The notes under the pieces are model-generated. The model worked only from the letters and a program-made list of their open reading frames with translations, was not told where the DNA came from and did no database searches. A program made the translations under genes and the position numbers. A stretch of DNA of 63,746 nucleotides, counting the filler, from Salisapilia sapeloensis CBS 127946 (lineage: Eukaryota > Protista > Oomycota), in the NCBI GenBank assembly GCA_023334545.1. It is 19 parts of 19 records of this genome, joined end to end, with 100 filler letters (N's around TTAATTAATTAA, not from the genome) between each part and the next. Parts side by side here need not be neighbours in the genome. Positions count along the whole stretch, not along the records: positions 23,255 to 26,011 come from JAADVB010000852.1; positions 26,112 to 28,251 come from JAADVB010000951.1; positions 28,352 to 36,383 come from JAADVB010000501.1; 16 more parts are not named here. The stretch is one strand, 5' to 3'. Shown piece after piece: positions 23,255-36,383 of this stretch; the first letter of the stretch is position 1, and each line of letters starts with the position of its first letter.

Positions 23255-24716
23255 CACACTCGTGTTGGCCTGCAAACATAGGTGGTAAGCGTCTTTCGCT
23301 CCAACGGCAAAGAGCACCTTGTTCATCTCCTTTTCCGCTTCCAAGACACCAACGTTCATCCGGAGCGCATAGTCGTCCGAGACAACCTGCTTCTCGGTTC
23401 CAGTTATACCGTCGTGGTGCTGCACGAGACCGACGCTTTTCTTAAGCTTGTCTAGTCCGGCAGTGAAAGGTGACGAGTGGATGGCGTCCAGCTGCTTCAA
23501 CTGCTGTAGTAACGAGTTGGCTGCTCTAGAGAACTTCTTTAGCGTAGGGCGGCTCGTGAAATACCCAGTCCAATAGTCGTGTTCGTCCGAAGCGTACGGC
23601 ATCAAGTCACTCGTGGTGACGCTCCAGGAGATGCCTTCCTGCTGTTTGAGGTGCGTGTAGTACGTCAAGTTCGAGTACAAGACGTTGATTCGTCCGTCCT
23701 GGTTGACGTAATGAATCAGCTTGTCCATGTTCTTGAACCATCTCGCAGCATTGTCGTAAGTAAAGTCGTCTCCCATGGGAATAAACAAGTGGTTGCCTCT
23801 CTGTTTGCTCGCTCGATCCTGACTTACCTTGACGAACTGACCGACTTGGTCACAAACGTCAAAGTTATATAGTTCCGGATCGTCCTGCACTTCGTGTCCA
23901 ATGTCACTAAACTTGAATTTGGACGGAGGATCGTAGTGGTTGATAATCTTCCCAGTGAACACTTGCTGGTGCTTGCCTCTCGACTTGCTTGGCCGCCAGA
24001 TAAACTCTAGATCCTTGTCCAAGGTTCTTTTCTTGTAGTCCTGGTAGTCCATCCGAGCAAAGTAGAGCGCGTCAAAGTCGACGCCGGCCGAGAGAAGAGC
24101 TGCGTTCGTAGCGGAGTGGCCGAACGGATCAATCTGCCACCCAATGCGAGCTGCGATGCCAAACTCCTCTTTAAGAAACTTGTGTCCTAAAGCGGTTTGG
24201 TCCATCATCGCAGTGTAGTGCGGAGTGGCTTCATCGTGCATGACCCAGCCGCCGTTCGCAGTGAGGTCGAGTCGACCTTCCTTGATGAGCTTCCGCACCG
24301 TCCCCTTCATCTCCGAACTCTGCTCATGCCACCAACGTTGAAAGAAGGACTGTTCGACGTACATAAAGGTCCGGTGAGGGTTCCGAAGCAGCTCGGTGAC
24401 GGCCGTGTCGAGGATGAACTGCACCTTTTGCATATAGTATTGGTCCACCGTGACGATCCAGCCTCTATGGAAGACTGTAATGAACAAGAACAATGAAATG
24501 TGTGATCAAGTAGACGTACGGATCATCGTGCGAGTGTGGTATCAAGTGGACGTTGAGCTTGTCGGTGGCAATGTGGGGCGTGGTATCGTAGTGTCCGTCG
24601 ACGGGAAGCTTCCATTCGGCCGGATCGCAGTCTCCATTGGTGTCATTGGAGACCAGCTCCCCAGCGATGCAGGCGCAGAGGAGCGTCAGGTAGAGCAAAA
24701 GACCTCGAGGGTGCAT
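23255..24716 (-). CDS. GH38 lysosomal-type alpha-mannosidase, 3' truncated by the gap
   Basis: Signal peptide; VHLIPHSHDDP|GWIVTVDQYY across an intron; ANGGWVMHDEA, GWQIDPFGHS, PMGDDF, YWTGYFTSRP, QHHDGITGT. Confidence 0.95.
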
Positions 24717-25177
24717 CTTGGTCAGTTGCAGAGTGGGCGAAGAATCTTTGTGGACTTCAAGTGCCTTTGGCCAGAAGATTGGGAACGATTAGAAGTAGCT
24801 TCAAAGCACAGACTTCAACGCTCCTGTACATTTATTGGCTGCTAAAGTGCGCACATCGTCTGCGATTGATCGAATCTCTTGATTTGTAGCAAGGCGTTGC
24901 TTTAGATGGTCGCAAGGAAGAGATGGAAGTACGCTTGCGGAGGGTACTTGGTTTCTTCCTGTACATCTCTTCTTTTAAACCGAGAAAATGGCAAGAGTTA
25001 CTTTATTGCACGTGATGAAAGGTCTTATGGAGATATAGAGGTTATCCTCGTCAATACGACCCTGAACATTGTCGAGATCGTCAAGACGTGTTAAATACTT
25101 TGTCGGTATAACTCTAGTATCCTCGGAAAGATACCAGTTCTACCTTACAAAAGCGATCACACGGTCATTTCTATTGA

Positions 25178-26011
25178 TCACTCTCCATTCGTAATCGGGG
25201 CCATTAGCTCTATCGGAAACGTAATCGCTGACCCTTGGACGACTTGCTCCTTGTCCTGCTCGAACTCTTCTACGTCCACTGCAAGGCTGCAGCGGATATG
25301 CTGCAGCATACCGTTGTCTTGCATCTATATTTGAATACACAGACAATTAGCTTTCGTCTTGATCCTCGGTTTAGCAAATGAGCCTACCTCGATCTTCAGC
25401 TCCACCAAGTTACCACTTGATCCGACTACCATGCCATTTCTTGCTTCCATGGCGCTCTCTTCCTGTGCATTGAAGGCTCCGACAATACTCGGATCTTCGT
25501 AAGCTCCGATGATGATTGGCGTAGTCTCATCGACATTCAAAAGTTCAGAGTCTGCACAACCTTCATTTGTTCGGATCGTCATCTTTACGCTTTCGTCCAT
25601 GTGGTTTTCCACCATCAAGCGCAGTTCTATGACCTTATCTTCACGTCGGTGGGGTAGCTGCTTGAATGTGAAGACAGGAAGGTGGCGACTGGCGAGACTT
25701 GCTTTCTTAAACCAGCTCAGCTGACCAGGCAGTGAGCTGTCTCCTGTCATCGGATTGATCTGCGGTTTCACCAGTATTCCAGCTGATCCTTTCTCCATTG
25801 CTTTTACACTTCTCCACGTCCGTTTGACTCTTAACAGAGGTCGGGAAGGCAATAGCTGCTTCGTGTCTCGTGACTGGACGACGGGATGCGTCAGTCTCTG
25901 TCGTAACGTACTGACCTCATCTGTGGCGTGTTGCTTGGCTGTTGAAGTAACGTCGTCCATGACGCTGAAAGGCGGTGAAGATCCAGTCGACGTAAGCAAA
26001 TGGAGTAGGGA
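25178..26011 (-). CDS. DCTN4: Dynactin p62 (subunit 4), 3' part, one intron
   Basis: LLPSRPLLRVKRTWR...ILVKPQINP...FKKASLA..LP matches the p62 core. Splicing after KIE gives a final exon ending at TGA 25178-25180. Confidence 0.75.
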
Positions 26012-26111
26012 NNNNNNNNNNNNNNNNNNNNNNNNNNNNNNNNNNNNNNNNNNNNTTAATTAATTAANNNNNNNNNNNNNNNNNNNNNNNNNNNNNNNNN
26101 NNNNNNNNNNN

Positions 26112-27560
26112 CAATCTCCTTAATCTTCATCTTAGTATGGAAAGGTCTAACGACCATTCATGTTCCTTGTACCTTTGTATTTGCATCACATGCTCCAATA
26201 CAAGGATCCACTTCAAGATCCGGAATGTTACCCCAGCTTGGGATACATTCATGTAACTTCCCGTTACAGCATCTTTCCTCTCTGGGAAAGTAAAATGCAA
26301 CTGATGGGCCGCCTTGTTGTATGAAATTAACTTTACTGCCGATAGTAATTTATCCAGGTCAGAAACCGACCAGCCTTTCACCACCCGTGAATTGCGTAAG
26401 AGTGCCGCAATCCGTTCCGTATGAAGATGATCCTTGTACATTTTACTCTTGGGTGGTAATGGTGCAATTAATTCACCCTCCACTTGACTCTGTAGCGTTG
26501 CCCGATATTGACTTATGAACTGATGATTGCCAATTCTTTTAAAGAATTGAGGCATGGCTGATGCCACAATTTCTCCGGTGAGAAGACCTTCCATGATCTC
26601 CCGTTCGAAGTCTGTTGGCTCCCGTAGGTCCGCTGAGTAAAGGAACTTTTGTTTGCAGTAATCAATGATTTTTTCTTGTTTTCTTGAGTAAAAGTTGCTG
26701 GTGAATGAAAAGTAAAGCGGGAGGAAGTTTGGGCTGTCGGCTGCACAGCAGCATGATAATTAAGCGTTGGTGAACGTGTAGACTGTCCACCTCCGTTACC
26801 GTGTTGGGTCGGTTCCGCTTCTTTTAGTGAAACATGAAGGATTTTCCCTGGTTGCCAATGCGAGCGCTGAATCTTACGCATTAAATTAGCTCCAAAGGTC
26901 CACTAACGTTCCTCCCCATACGACCGCCTGATGACGATCGTATGAAACATTGATTGTAACGAGAGCAACGCTGCCGTCTCTAGTACCGACTGCTCCTTCC
27001 GGTGCGCTTGTTCTGAAGGCTTCGTTTTTTTTCCATAGTCTGTCATGCAATTGTTGCGTGTTACTCAACAACGTTGTTGTTGGCGACATGCTTCCATTCA
27101 TCTGACGGTAATACGCTGCATAGAACGACATATCCGTAGCCTCAACAGGGATTATTTCGTCCATCTCCATTGAAGTTGCCGTTGGGTCTGCTTCCATATC
27201 TTCTGTCGTTTTCCTTTTTTCGCTCTTTATGAGTGGATCCTTTCCCTGGCTGAGTAGGTTCAAATTCCTCTGTCGTGGACTTGAAGTCAGCTTTTTCCTC
27301 TGACTCAGGTTCAAGGTTACCTGAATCCTTCCCATCTGAACCCATGGGATCATCTTCTGATTGGTCAGATCCATGGAAAGTTGAAGCTATTTGACTAGTA
27401 TCTGACGATGCCATTGATTCCATGGGTAAATTCGTATCCCTGTTATCGCGTCCGGCACGGTTGAGGCCGGCCTGTGTTGACTGCATCGACGGCGTGCTCT
27501 TGGGATCTCCCGGAGGCGGTTTGGCTGATGGTGTCATGAGCTGCCTCGAAGCGTGCTGAG
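26112..27560 (-). mobile_element. Decayed ORF1/gag-like region of an L1-like element
   Basis: Four frameshifted ORFs: low-complexity N-terminus, then KLISYNKAAHQLHFTF, resembling oomycete L1 ORF1. 26112-~26268 recurs at 48920-~49075, so it is repetitive. Confidence 0.5.
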
Positions 27561-28351
27561 TGTTACTTCAAGAGGCTCGTTGGTCTGTCGTTTAGGGCCA
27601 GATAAGAAACTCCAGTTGAATTTGCTTGTGCAGGAGACTTGTGACTCGCGAGGCAAATTGAGAACTGACACCCAAGGTAGCGAGCTCGAGTCGACGACCA
27701 AACTTTTGTCTTTCAAACTCCCAATTTTGGCACCTATGAGTAGAGAATGCTCAAGAGTGTCTAGTAGGCTGGTCTAGAGTGTCTACAAGTCGTTTCTTCA
27801 TCTCTAAAAGGATCAAAGTATGTCTACGACTGTTCAAGGTACATCGGGACTGGACGACTCGATTGCTGTCCGAGATTGCCGTGCGTGTGCAGTCATGGTC
27901 TCGAAATCATCGAGATCGTTTATAGCTCTAGCAAGGACGGGGGCACATAATGCGCAACGACAATTCCTTCGTAACTACTTGAAGAAAAACAGGACTGAAT
28001 AATAGCGCCTCGTCTTCTTTACTCCAAATTCAGCTCGATTTACCCAGCAGCGCTGTGCAATATCTACTAGAATACGCTTCACTTAGTTTGTGTTCTTTCA
28101 GCAAATAATTGGGGATTATGCGAGGAATAAAAAGTATCAGTTGAGTAAACACGCAAACAGTGTGTTTGGAATCAATACCCAAGTCTTTGGCAGTTCTTCC
28201 TACTCTTAAGTCGCTATCCACCTTTCCAATCCTATCCACGTGTATCGTCCANNNNNNNNNNNNNNNNNNNNNNNNNNNNNNNNNNNNNNNNNNNNTTAAT
28301 TAATTAANNNNNNNNNNNNNNNNNNNNNNNNNNNNNNNNNNNNNNNNNNNN

Positions 28352-28507
28352 CTGCTGCCAATGTCCTTGCCACGGCAGCGTTCGCGCATCGTAGGCATCG
28401 TTGGGCGTTTCGAGACAGCTTCCATTGATGTGGTTATCGGTGGTGAATTGTAGATCGTGTTGGTTGGAAGCGAAAGCACAAGTGAGGTAGCTCGTGTCCT
28501 TTCAACG
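28352..28507 (-). repeat. 156-bp inverted repeat, left arm, containing an outward-facing gene start (ATG 28425)
   Basis: Reverse complement of 36228-36383 with one mismatch; encodes MEAVSKRPTMPTMRERCRGKDIGS. Confidence 0.9.
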
Positions 28508-28619
28508 GTAAGAGTGGAATTCCAGGAATACTCCGGAGCTGATCCGAAATTCAGTGGCCACCTAAATATTCCGTTGTATAAGTAGAACGATCTGTGAAAC
28601 AGCCTAATTATCCTAGATG

Positions 28620-29290
28620 CTCATCTATACCCACGATGATCTATCCGACCGAGCACTAGAAATCTCATGAAGGGTGACATGGTAAGTTGGTTGGGGTCAT
28701 GTACACCTAGCGTCCGAGGCATAATGAGGTTGGACCCGAAAAATTTCAGCCTATTGCAGAATGAGACTAAAAGGAAGTTTCATGACGCTCCACGTTTCCA
28801 CAAATCTCACGTTCGACTGTCTATTTCGAGCTCTTCATCCATCAGATTGACTGAAGCCCTTTCAAAAATTATGCGTGAAATGCAGTCCTGCAACGTGAGT
28901 GTGGAAACCGCCTTAAAACGGATGCGATTCGAATGCACCTCGAATACACGAAAGTTTTAAAGTGCCAGCGTGGGCTACCAAACCTGAACACATTATACTT
29001 TTAATGTTACTCTGCACACGATCAGTATAAAGAAGTCGAATCGTAATAGTGTCATCTTCGTAGGCACGTCCACGGTCGCTTTGGCTTTCACGGATCTGAA
29101 TGGTGTGTACTCCAAGCGGATCACTACTGGGCCCTGGCTCAAAGCAACTGATACTTGATCTGCGACATACCCGAGAGTATGATGGACAATGATCTTACGG
29201 AACATTGCGTGAAACATTGGGACGCGAGTCTCTTCTAATAGTCCATGGAGCGCTCTGACATCGCGATAGGAGCCGGTCGAGCTCACAAAC
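28620..29290 (-). mobile_element. Possible heavily decayed Gypsy RT remnant
   Basis: TRVPM and C.RLKFFG......LGVHDP resemble oomycete Ty3/Gypsy RT motifs; many disruptions. Confidence 0.3.
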
Positions 29291-32136
29291 TTGATAGGAA
29301 TAAACTTAATTGGCTAGTTCGGCACTAGGTTAAATCATTGATAGCACCAAACTAGACGAGTAGCTCACGCTTGCTAGCTCTAAGCGTACAATTGACTTGA
29401 TGACATCCGCTCGCACACTTGTAGACGAAGTGGACTATCCAATAGTTCACAAGACAAGCTACACTGAGGTATGAGCAACCGACTACACTAGTGTACCCGT
29501 AATTAAGAACAAAGCTCATTTATTGCCCAAAGTACGGATGGTCATCTCATCGCTGTGATCGGCATATTACTGACAGTGGGGTATGAAAGTATATAGATTG
29601 GAAAATTGGATAAAACTAATATAAAACAATGGCGCCTTGGTAGACCCGTACATTTAGGTCTCGCGGATGCTGACGAATTGATATAGACTCGAGATTTGTC
29701 TCCGAGTTTGCTACGGTATCGCTAGTTCTTTTAATATAGGTTTCCAAAGTTTTTGGTGCATTTGAAACATAAATTCGTGTTCACTTCTTCATGACACGTC
29801 TTGCAGACCATTATAAGCATTTCAAATAGACCTAATAAGCCATCCTTCACCATTTTTCCGCAGCTCTATTCGTCGGTAAGAGCTATTCAAGAGTATGTAT
29901 ACGGCGGTTGCTATCGACCTTGTAAATCATGGAAAGTGGAAACGATCTGCCTGATTCTTTGTGAAGTCTAAGCATGTGATGTAACTATTTTTTGTTTAAC
30001 ACCTTTGCTCGGCTGTGAGGCTCAAACAATGCACTATCTTAAAAAATTAGAGTTAAGCAACTTCCTGCCTTTAAACTTCAAGCATCACAGTCTCATGTAG
30101 CGTCTGATCTAGTACCCACAGCAAAATTCCAGCTTTCTTTGTTCTGTGAAGCGGAGTCCAAACATAACTAGACAGAGAGCTCAAGCACACTGATATGTAC
30201 ACTGAGTAATGCGCCGAGCGCTCGGATTTATAAATGCTCGATTTAATATTGTTCACAGATTTCTAATTTATCCCTGGGTTGCCAATGGTAGCCTAGGTGT
30301 GTTTCTAGGTATTAAAATTCACTTTCGCGAGAGAACTTACGAAGAAGAAACGGTACAAGCAGATAAAAGCTTCATCTTGAGCTCGAAGAAGTTGCTAGGC
30401 AACAACAAAGTAAAGCAGTTCATGTGCTATTATGCCTACTCTTGCTTTATACGCGTTTTTCATAAACACGCCTTTGGTGACTGACCGATTTGTAATGCGA
30501 TGTCAAGGCCTTAAATAGAACCTACGTTATGCTCTCTTGTGAACAAATTTCGAGAATTCCTACCTAGGCTACCCTACCGAACATTTCAGTCCACCAGATT
30601 TGCAAAAGATAGCAGGCTGCGTCGATGAATATGCTGACTATCATGCTTGCAGCATCACCTTTCTAGTATATGTTTTCTATTCGTCTTTAAGCTAAAGCTA
30701 CATCAACTACAATAAGATATCACTGCGCTACTAGATAATCTGTCTAAGATTGATTGGGCTGCAATATCTACCGCTTCTTCTATCACAAATACTTTGTTTT
30801 GGGTACACTCTCAAACGACAATAGTTGAAGAAGCAAAGTTCTAGCACGCTGCTTATGATAGTCTACGTACACAAGTACGATATGATACCGTGATAGCAAA
30901 CTTCAAATGGGTCAAGTGCTTTTGCCTCTTTCGCTTTTTGTCACAAGAGCATGAGGCTGCTTTCTTACGATTCTATTACCCTGTCCTTCCTATCATGTGT
31001 GATACTTGGATCGTACTCATTTACACGAGTACGGTGTCAGTGAGCTACTCTCAAAAGCATTCAAACGTATTTTAGCTCATACTCTTAAGCTACACTATAG
31101 CTATGAAGATAAATGGTACGACTGCGACAGTAAGGCGAGCTCCAACCAGATTTTAAGCACTATGCGTCATTCAAGTTTCGCCTCAAATTCTTAAGTCAAT
31201 ATTTACTTCTAGGCGTTTCTCGACTTCAACAAGGCTATACACTTTGGAAATGCCATCGACGCGGATACCAACATCAATAATTGTATCCGAATGGAATCCA
31301 ATTGCGGTACAACATACCCTTTCTTTCCAATTCGATAATCCACTGCCTACCTCACTTTATGTTTGAGGTGGTATCAAGTTACCGCACACCAGACAAGGTC
31401 ATCATGTCTTCAACTTGACTTAGATACTTCAACTCGTACTTTGCGTTTAGATCACATCATCCGACCTCATGATAACCTACATTTACAAATTTTTCATAAG
31501 CAAGTCCCGGTATTTACAAGTAGTCGAAACAGAGCTCATCTTAATTTACATCAAAGTACAGGACAAAGACAGCTACGAGTTGTACTACACATCTAGTTAA
31601 TCTACAGCATACTTATACTAAACTGGGATGAGTGCAATGCTCGATGTCAAGGAACCATCAAGCGATCATTCCCATCAAAAACTGAGTTCTCAAGAAAGTT
31701 TTTCAAGAGATGCATACCCAGCACACACACATCGGCGTTAGAAGATCCACTGATATTTAATCTTTAATCCAGAGCTTCAGCTGTGTATGTCCGATGCGTG
31801 TATCATTTCTGATAACCTCGGACTGCAAATCTTTCTTTTTTTAAGCATACTGAAAGGCAAAGTAGATACCCAGCTCATTATCGTCTACAACATGTCGACG
31901 AGAGTATCTTCATTTTCTTGAAGCCTGTCTGATAACTTAATCAGACCTTTCATTCCTTGATTGACAAGTACGGCTGCTTTAATCACTTAAGTCAGCTTTG
32001 TGTATGCTTTTAATCGATATGTCAAGGCGATGTGTCGTTTGGATCAAGGATCGGTACATGACTGAGACGTCGGGAAGAGATCTGCAGCTTGTAAACGCTG
32101 ATACGAGCAGCTCTTCGCTTTAGCTTTCACTTGATA

Positions 32137-32154
32137 GCTCATTCCTACTTTTGC
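32137..32154 (+). promoter_or_regulatory. Oomycete Inr+FPR core promoter
   Basis: GCTCATTCCTACTTTTGC, 30 nt upstream of the subtilisin ATG. Confidence 0.75.
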
Positions 32155-32183
32155 TGTCCACAGCTCAAGCAATTACTCCAACT

Positions 32184-33575
32184 ATGGTCTTCTCCAAGTT
32201 TGCTGCTGCAGTCGTTGCCTCGGTTGCCGTTGCCTCCACCTCTGCTGCCGTTGTCGACCAAAGTGTCCACCGTGCCCTCCAATCCAATGAGCTTGTGAAC
32301 CTGATCGTTGAGGTCGAGAAACCTGTTGGAACGCTGCAGAGCGTGCAGCAGAATACCTACGATACTCGCGCTGAGAAGATCGAGGCTGTGGTCAAGACCC
32401 TGAAGGACCGCTCTGACGCGACCCAAGGTTCGCTCGATGCTACGCTGAGCCAGAACGATGACAAGTTTGTTACCTCGAAGCGTTTCTGGATCTCCAACGC
32501 CCACTACATCGAAGGCGCCACGGAGGAACTCATCGAGAAGATTGCTGCTGTACCTGGCATTGTCTCAGTACGTGAGGAGAAGATCCTACCGTTGATTGAC
32601 AGCGAGTACACGATTACGGACCGAAACTCTAGTCGCCGACTGCAGTCATCCAACGTTGAGTGGGGCATTGACGCCATCAACGCACCTGACGTCTGGAGAA
32701 CGGGCAACACTGGTGAAGGCATCGTTGTTTCCCACATTGACACTGGCGTGCAATACACGCACGAGACGCTCCGGGACAACTACCGTAGAGACCACGGCTG
32801 GTACGACCCGTACCGTCGCCGTACTTCTCCGTACGATAACCAGGGCCACGGTACCCACACGATGGGCACGATTGCCGGATCCAATGGCATTGGAGTTGCT
32901 CCTGGCTCCAGATGGATTAGCTGCAAGGGCTGTGACACGAGTGGATGCTCTGAATCCGCCCTGCTTGCCTGTGGTGAGTTCATCACTTGCCCAACGGACC
33001 CGAACGGCAGAAACGCGGACTGCTCCAAGGCACCTGACCTCGTGAGCAACTCGTGGGGTGGCGGACAGGGCCAGACTTGGTACAGTGACATCGTGGAAGC
33101 CTGGCAGACGTCTGGTATCATCCCTGTCTTTGCCATGGGTAACGAAGGACCCTCCTGCCGCACGGCCAGCTCTCCTGGTGATTTGGCTAATGTCATCGGC
33201 GTTGGTGCCACCACCAAGAGCAGCGACATCGCCTCGTTCAGCAGCAAGGGACCCACTGTCAGGGGCTTGACCAAACCGGATATCTCGGCTCCTGGCAAGG
33301 ACGTCGTCTCTGCTTACTACGGCTCTGACTACCAGTACTCCTCTTCATCCGGCACGAGTATGGCTACTCCTCATGTTGCTGGTGGTGTCGCACTCCTACT
33401 CGCTGAAAAGGGCGACCTTCCGTACGGAACGGTTGTGTCCGTCCTGACTGACACCACGGAAACGAACCTTGGCAGGAGCGGCTACACATGCGGTGGTATG
33501 TCGGACTCGCGATTCCCGAACAACGTGTACGGCTATGGTCTCATGGATGTGAAGGCCGCCGTCGATGCCCTTTAA
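32184..33575 (+). CDS. Secreted subtilisin-like serine protease (S8, with prodomain)
   Basis: Signal MVFSKFAAAVVASVAVASTSA; catalytic triad IDTG, GHGTH, GTSMATPH. The true ATG is 32184; the ORF track starts at an upstream TTG. Confidence 0.96.
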   Translation: MVFSKFAAAVVASVAVASTSAAVVDQSVHRALQSNELVNLIVEVEKPVGTLQSVQQNTYDTRAEKIEAVVKTLKDRSDATQGSLDATLSQNDDKFVTSKRFWISNAHYIEGATEELIEKIAAVPGIVSVREEKILPLIDSEYTITDRNSSRRLQSSNVEWGIDAINAPDVWRTGNTGEGIVVSHIDTGVQYTHETLRDNYRRDHGWYDPYRRRTSPYDNQGHGTHTMGTIAGSNGIGVAPGSRWISCKGCDTSGCSESALLACGEFITCPTDPNGRNADCSKAPDLVSNSWGGGQGQTWYSDIVEAWQTSGIIPVFAMGNEGPSCRTASSPGDLANVIGVGATTKSSDIASFSSKGPTVRGLTKPDISAPGKDVVSAYYGSDYQYSSSSGTSMATPHVAGGVALLLAEKGDLPYGTVVSVLTDTTETNLGRSGYTCGGMSDSRFPNNVYGYGLMDVKAAVDAL

Positions 33576-36227
33576 TTCGACCTGATCATGTTTTGCGTTC
33601 ATGAGCGAGCATTTTGCACCGAAATGTCTGCGCTCCACTCTTCTAGCTTGACAGATAATGAATCAGACAACAAGCAATTCAATTTTCCCATTAAATTTCT
33701 CTTTGTTCATTTCTTCTCGTTGTAGGTTCATACTGACCTAAAGTAGTCCATCGAGGGGTAAGAAGTGCTGAGTATGGTCTATAGCAAGTATTTGAAGCAT
33801 TTGATATTAAAAAGCACAGCTCCCATAAATATCATTCGTACAGTAGAGATACTTGCAGCTAATGAAAGCTTCTTTATGCCATTCAAAATAGTTTCTGAGT
33901 AGCAAGGCGCTATAAAAGGCTGCTAACATTGGACAAGATAGTGTGAATAATGGAAAGAGGGAAGCTGGACTACGATCCATGTTAGAATCCTCTTACGATT
34001 CTGTATCCAGGCATTTTCTTGCAGCTCAAACTTTACTATGCAAACGAAATACTACGCTCCGAATTTCTTCACTGTAGTCTACGACTTTTTTAATACCCTT
34101 TTAGAATCCAAATCTTCCGCTAGCCTTTGAGCAGGCCATAAAGAAACCCTGCAATGTGAATGTCATTGCAGTTTGTGTAAAACATCTAAGCAATCTGTAC
34201 TTCCCTCGTTTGATGAAAGACTTTTATCTTGGTACAGAAGTCTGTGTCCTCATCTCCGATCGTGGCGCGTGGGGGGAACCGTCAAGATTTGTACTCGACT
34301 TCGAGGCTACTTCAATAGATTTTTCATTCCACAAGAGTCATCATCTCTCATGGCAGCCTATTTCCTCAATTCGACCGTAGGAGAGCTAGACCTTGCAAGC
34401 AGGAGCATCCAATCTCATGCTAGCTTCATGCGGCGCCTATAAATGGTTCAAAACAAATTAAAGAGCTACTACACAAAGCTCTATTCATTCAAGCTCATTG
34501 AAGGTATCTTAATGACTAGAAGCTTTAGCAATACTTGAAATATCGCTTTGTACATTTAAAAAGCCAGCATAAGGGATACCAAAAGATCGTATCGCAAAGC
34601 TGCAGCACGCTATCTGCTAAAGATCAACATCGTACAATCCGATACAAAACTACTATCTACTTTTAAATCGATGCATCCAACGAAAGTCATGCGAACGTGC
34701 ACCGGGGCGTCTTTATTTGCCATATCGAACTAGAAACGGGAAGCTGCAAAGTACTCTTACTGTGTCTGATCGGTATTTGGCTTTATCCTCGGCAAGATCC
34801 TGAAACGTAGGAAGCTCGAAGCAACTTCATGTATGTCTTGTAAGAGAAAGATGTAAAAGATGGCATCGCCTAGAGCAACAGATGATATCGCTTACGCATT
34901 CATGCACCTCTTCGGTGCAAAAGTGTATCCAAGCATTTATGGCTCTAAGGTATTTCCGTTGACATGATGCAATTGATGAGCTTCGATCGATGATACCTTG
35001 GTACCGTTTCATTGACAGTCGACTTCACTTTGCTCGTGGCAATGCTTGGTAGCGAAATGGTCATGCGTGTCACCTGGACTGCATCGATAGATACGCGTAT
35101 AAGCGACACTAGAAATTGCTGGACTGTGTGTACAACCCACTATTCATTATGCAATTGCTATTTTCATTCATCGTTATGCTGGATCGAGTGCAACGTGTAT
35201 TATCGTACGTGCAAGACGGGTGCTTTTAGATTTATTAGATGTAGCTCAATAAGCATACTGCGAAAGCCCACTAGTCTCACGGACACAAATTTGTTCTTCA
35301 AGCAAGACTACTTGTAGATACCCTGCGGTTGCGACAACTCTATCCATGTTTTCCCGTTCTTGTATCAAGTAAAAGACCGCATCTGATGTCACGTTTGTAG
35401 CCTGGATGCATGCAGGTATCTAGAGTACATCTAGAAATGACAGCTCTGGCATCTCGGTGATATTGACTTTGGGATAATAAAATAGGCTACTTAGCAATTG
35501 CATTTCGCTTGGATCCATGCATGCATGAATGGTATTCAACGAGAGATCCAAACCCAATAACGAAGGTGTAAGTTGGAAATTTTGCATGACTGCGACATAA
35601 AGAATGGTCACACCTGAAGGGAGTAGGCAGTACATATCAAGCGTCCACTATCATCCAGTCAATGTTGCTTTGCCATAATCTGCAGCGTATTGAAGGTGGA
35701 AGCCACAGATTTGGTGGATATCTTTCGCTTCAAGTTGAGTGGCTCTCCGAGTTATTTTATAGCGCTTGAAATTTTTTCTTCAGGTGAGATGGATGGGCAT
35801 AGGGAAAACGGCTCTACAATCTTACAGCAAAGGGTAGAGGATGCTACTCTTGGTGATCGAATTTTCTTGTGAGAGCGTGCATGTCAATCGTGGATTCCGA
35901 CACCAACGCCGCGTTCTGGTTCGAAAGTGTATGAAGGGCACGTAGCTCTCTATCGTTGGACTCTAGTGACTATGATCTGACATCCAACCAATATATCGTC
36001 TTCACCCTTCGTGCAATGTCTGTTTTGATCGCCAGCGTGTCCATGTGGAGCCAGGATTCGGATAGATCGATCACCATTTAACATTTCCATTTTGAAAATT
36101 GTATGATCGTTCGTTACGAACATTCAGCCGAAACAAATTTCAATTTTTGTGGGGTTGTAGCTGCGCATTTAAATCGCCAAACTTTCGGATCAGGCCGGAA
36201 GCGTTCCTTAGCGCCGACTTTTGCTCT

Positions 36228-36383
36228 CGTTGAAAGGACACAAGCTACCTCACTTGTGCTTTCGCTTCCAACCAACACGATCTACAATTCACCACCGATA
36301 ACCACATCAATGGAAGCTGTCTCGAAACGCCCAACGATGCCTACGATGCGCGAACGCTGCCGTGGCAAGGACATTGGCAGCAG
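36228..36383 (+). repeat. 156-bp inverted repeat, right arm, containing an outward-facing gene start (ATG 36310)
   Basis: Reverse complement of 28352-28507; Inr/FPR-like CTCACTTGTGCTTTCG upstream of the ATG. Confidence 0.9.

Noticed and set aside
29300-31600. Apparent excess of CTAG/TA suggesting RIP-like or methylation-driven mutation
   Set aside because: A rough count in the decayed LINEs at 1-3037 showed no excess. The signal is local and unquantified; it would need dinucleotide indices against family consensus.
33600-36200. Scattered 60-100 codon ORFs in AT-rich sequence
   Set aside because: No motifs or coding-like composition; treated as intergenic or decayed repeat.
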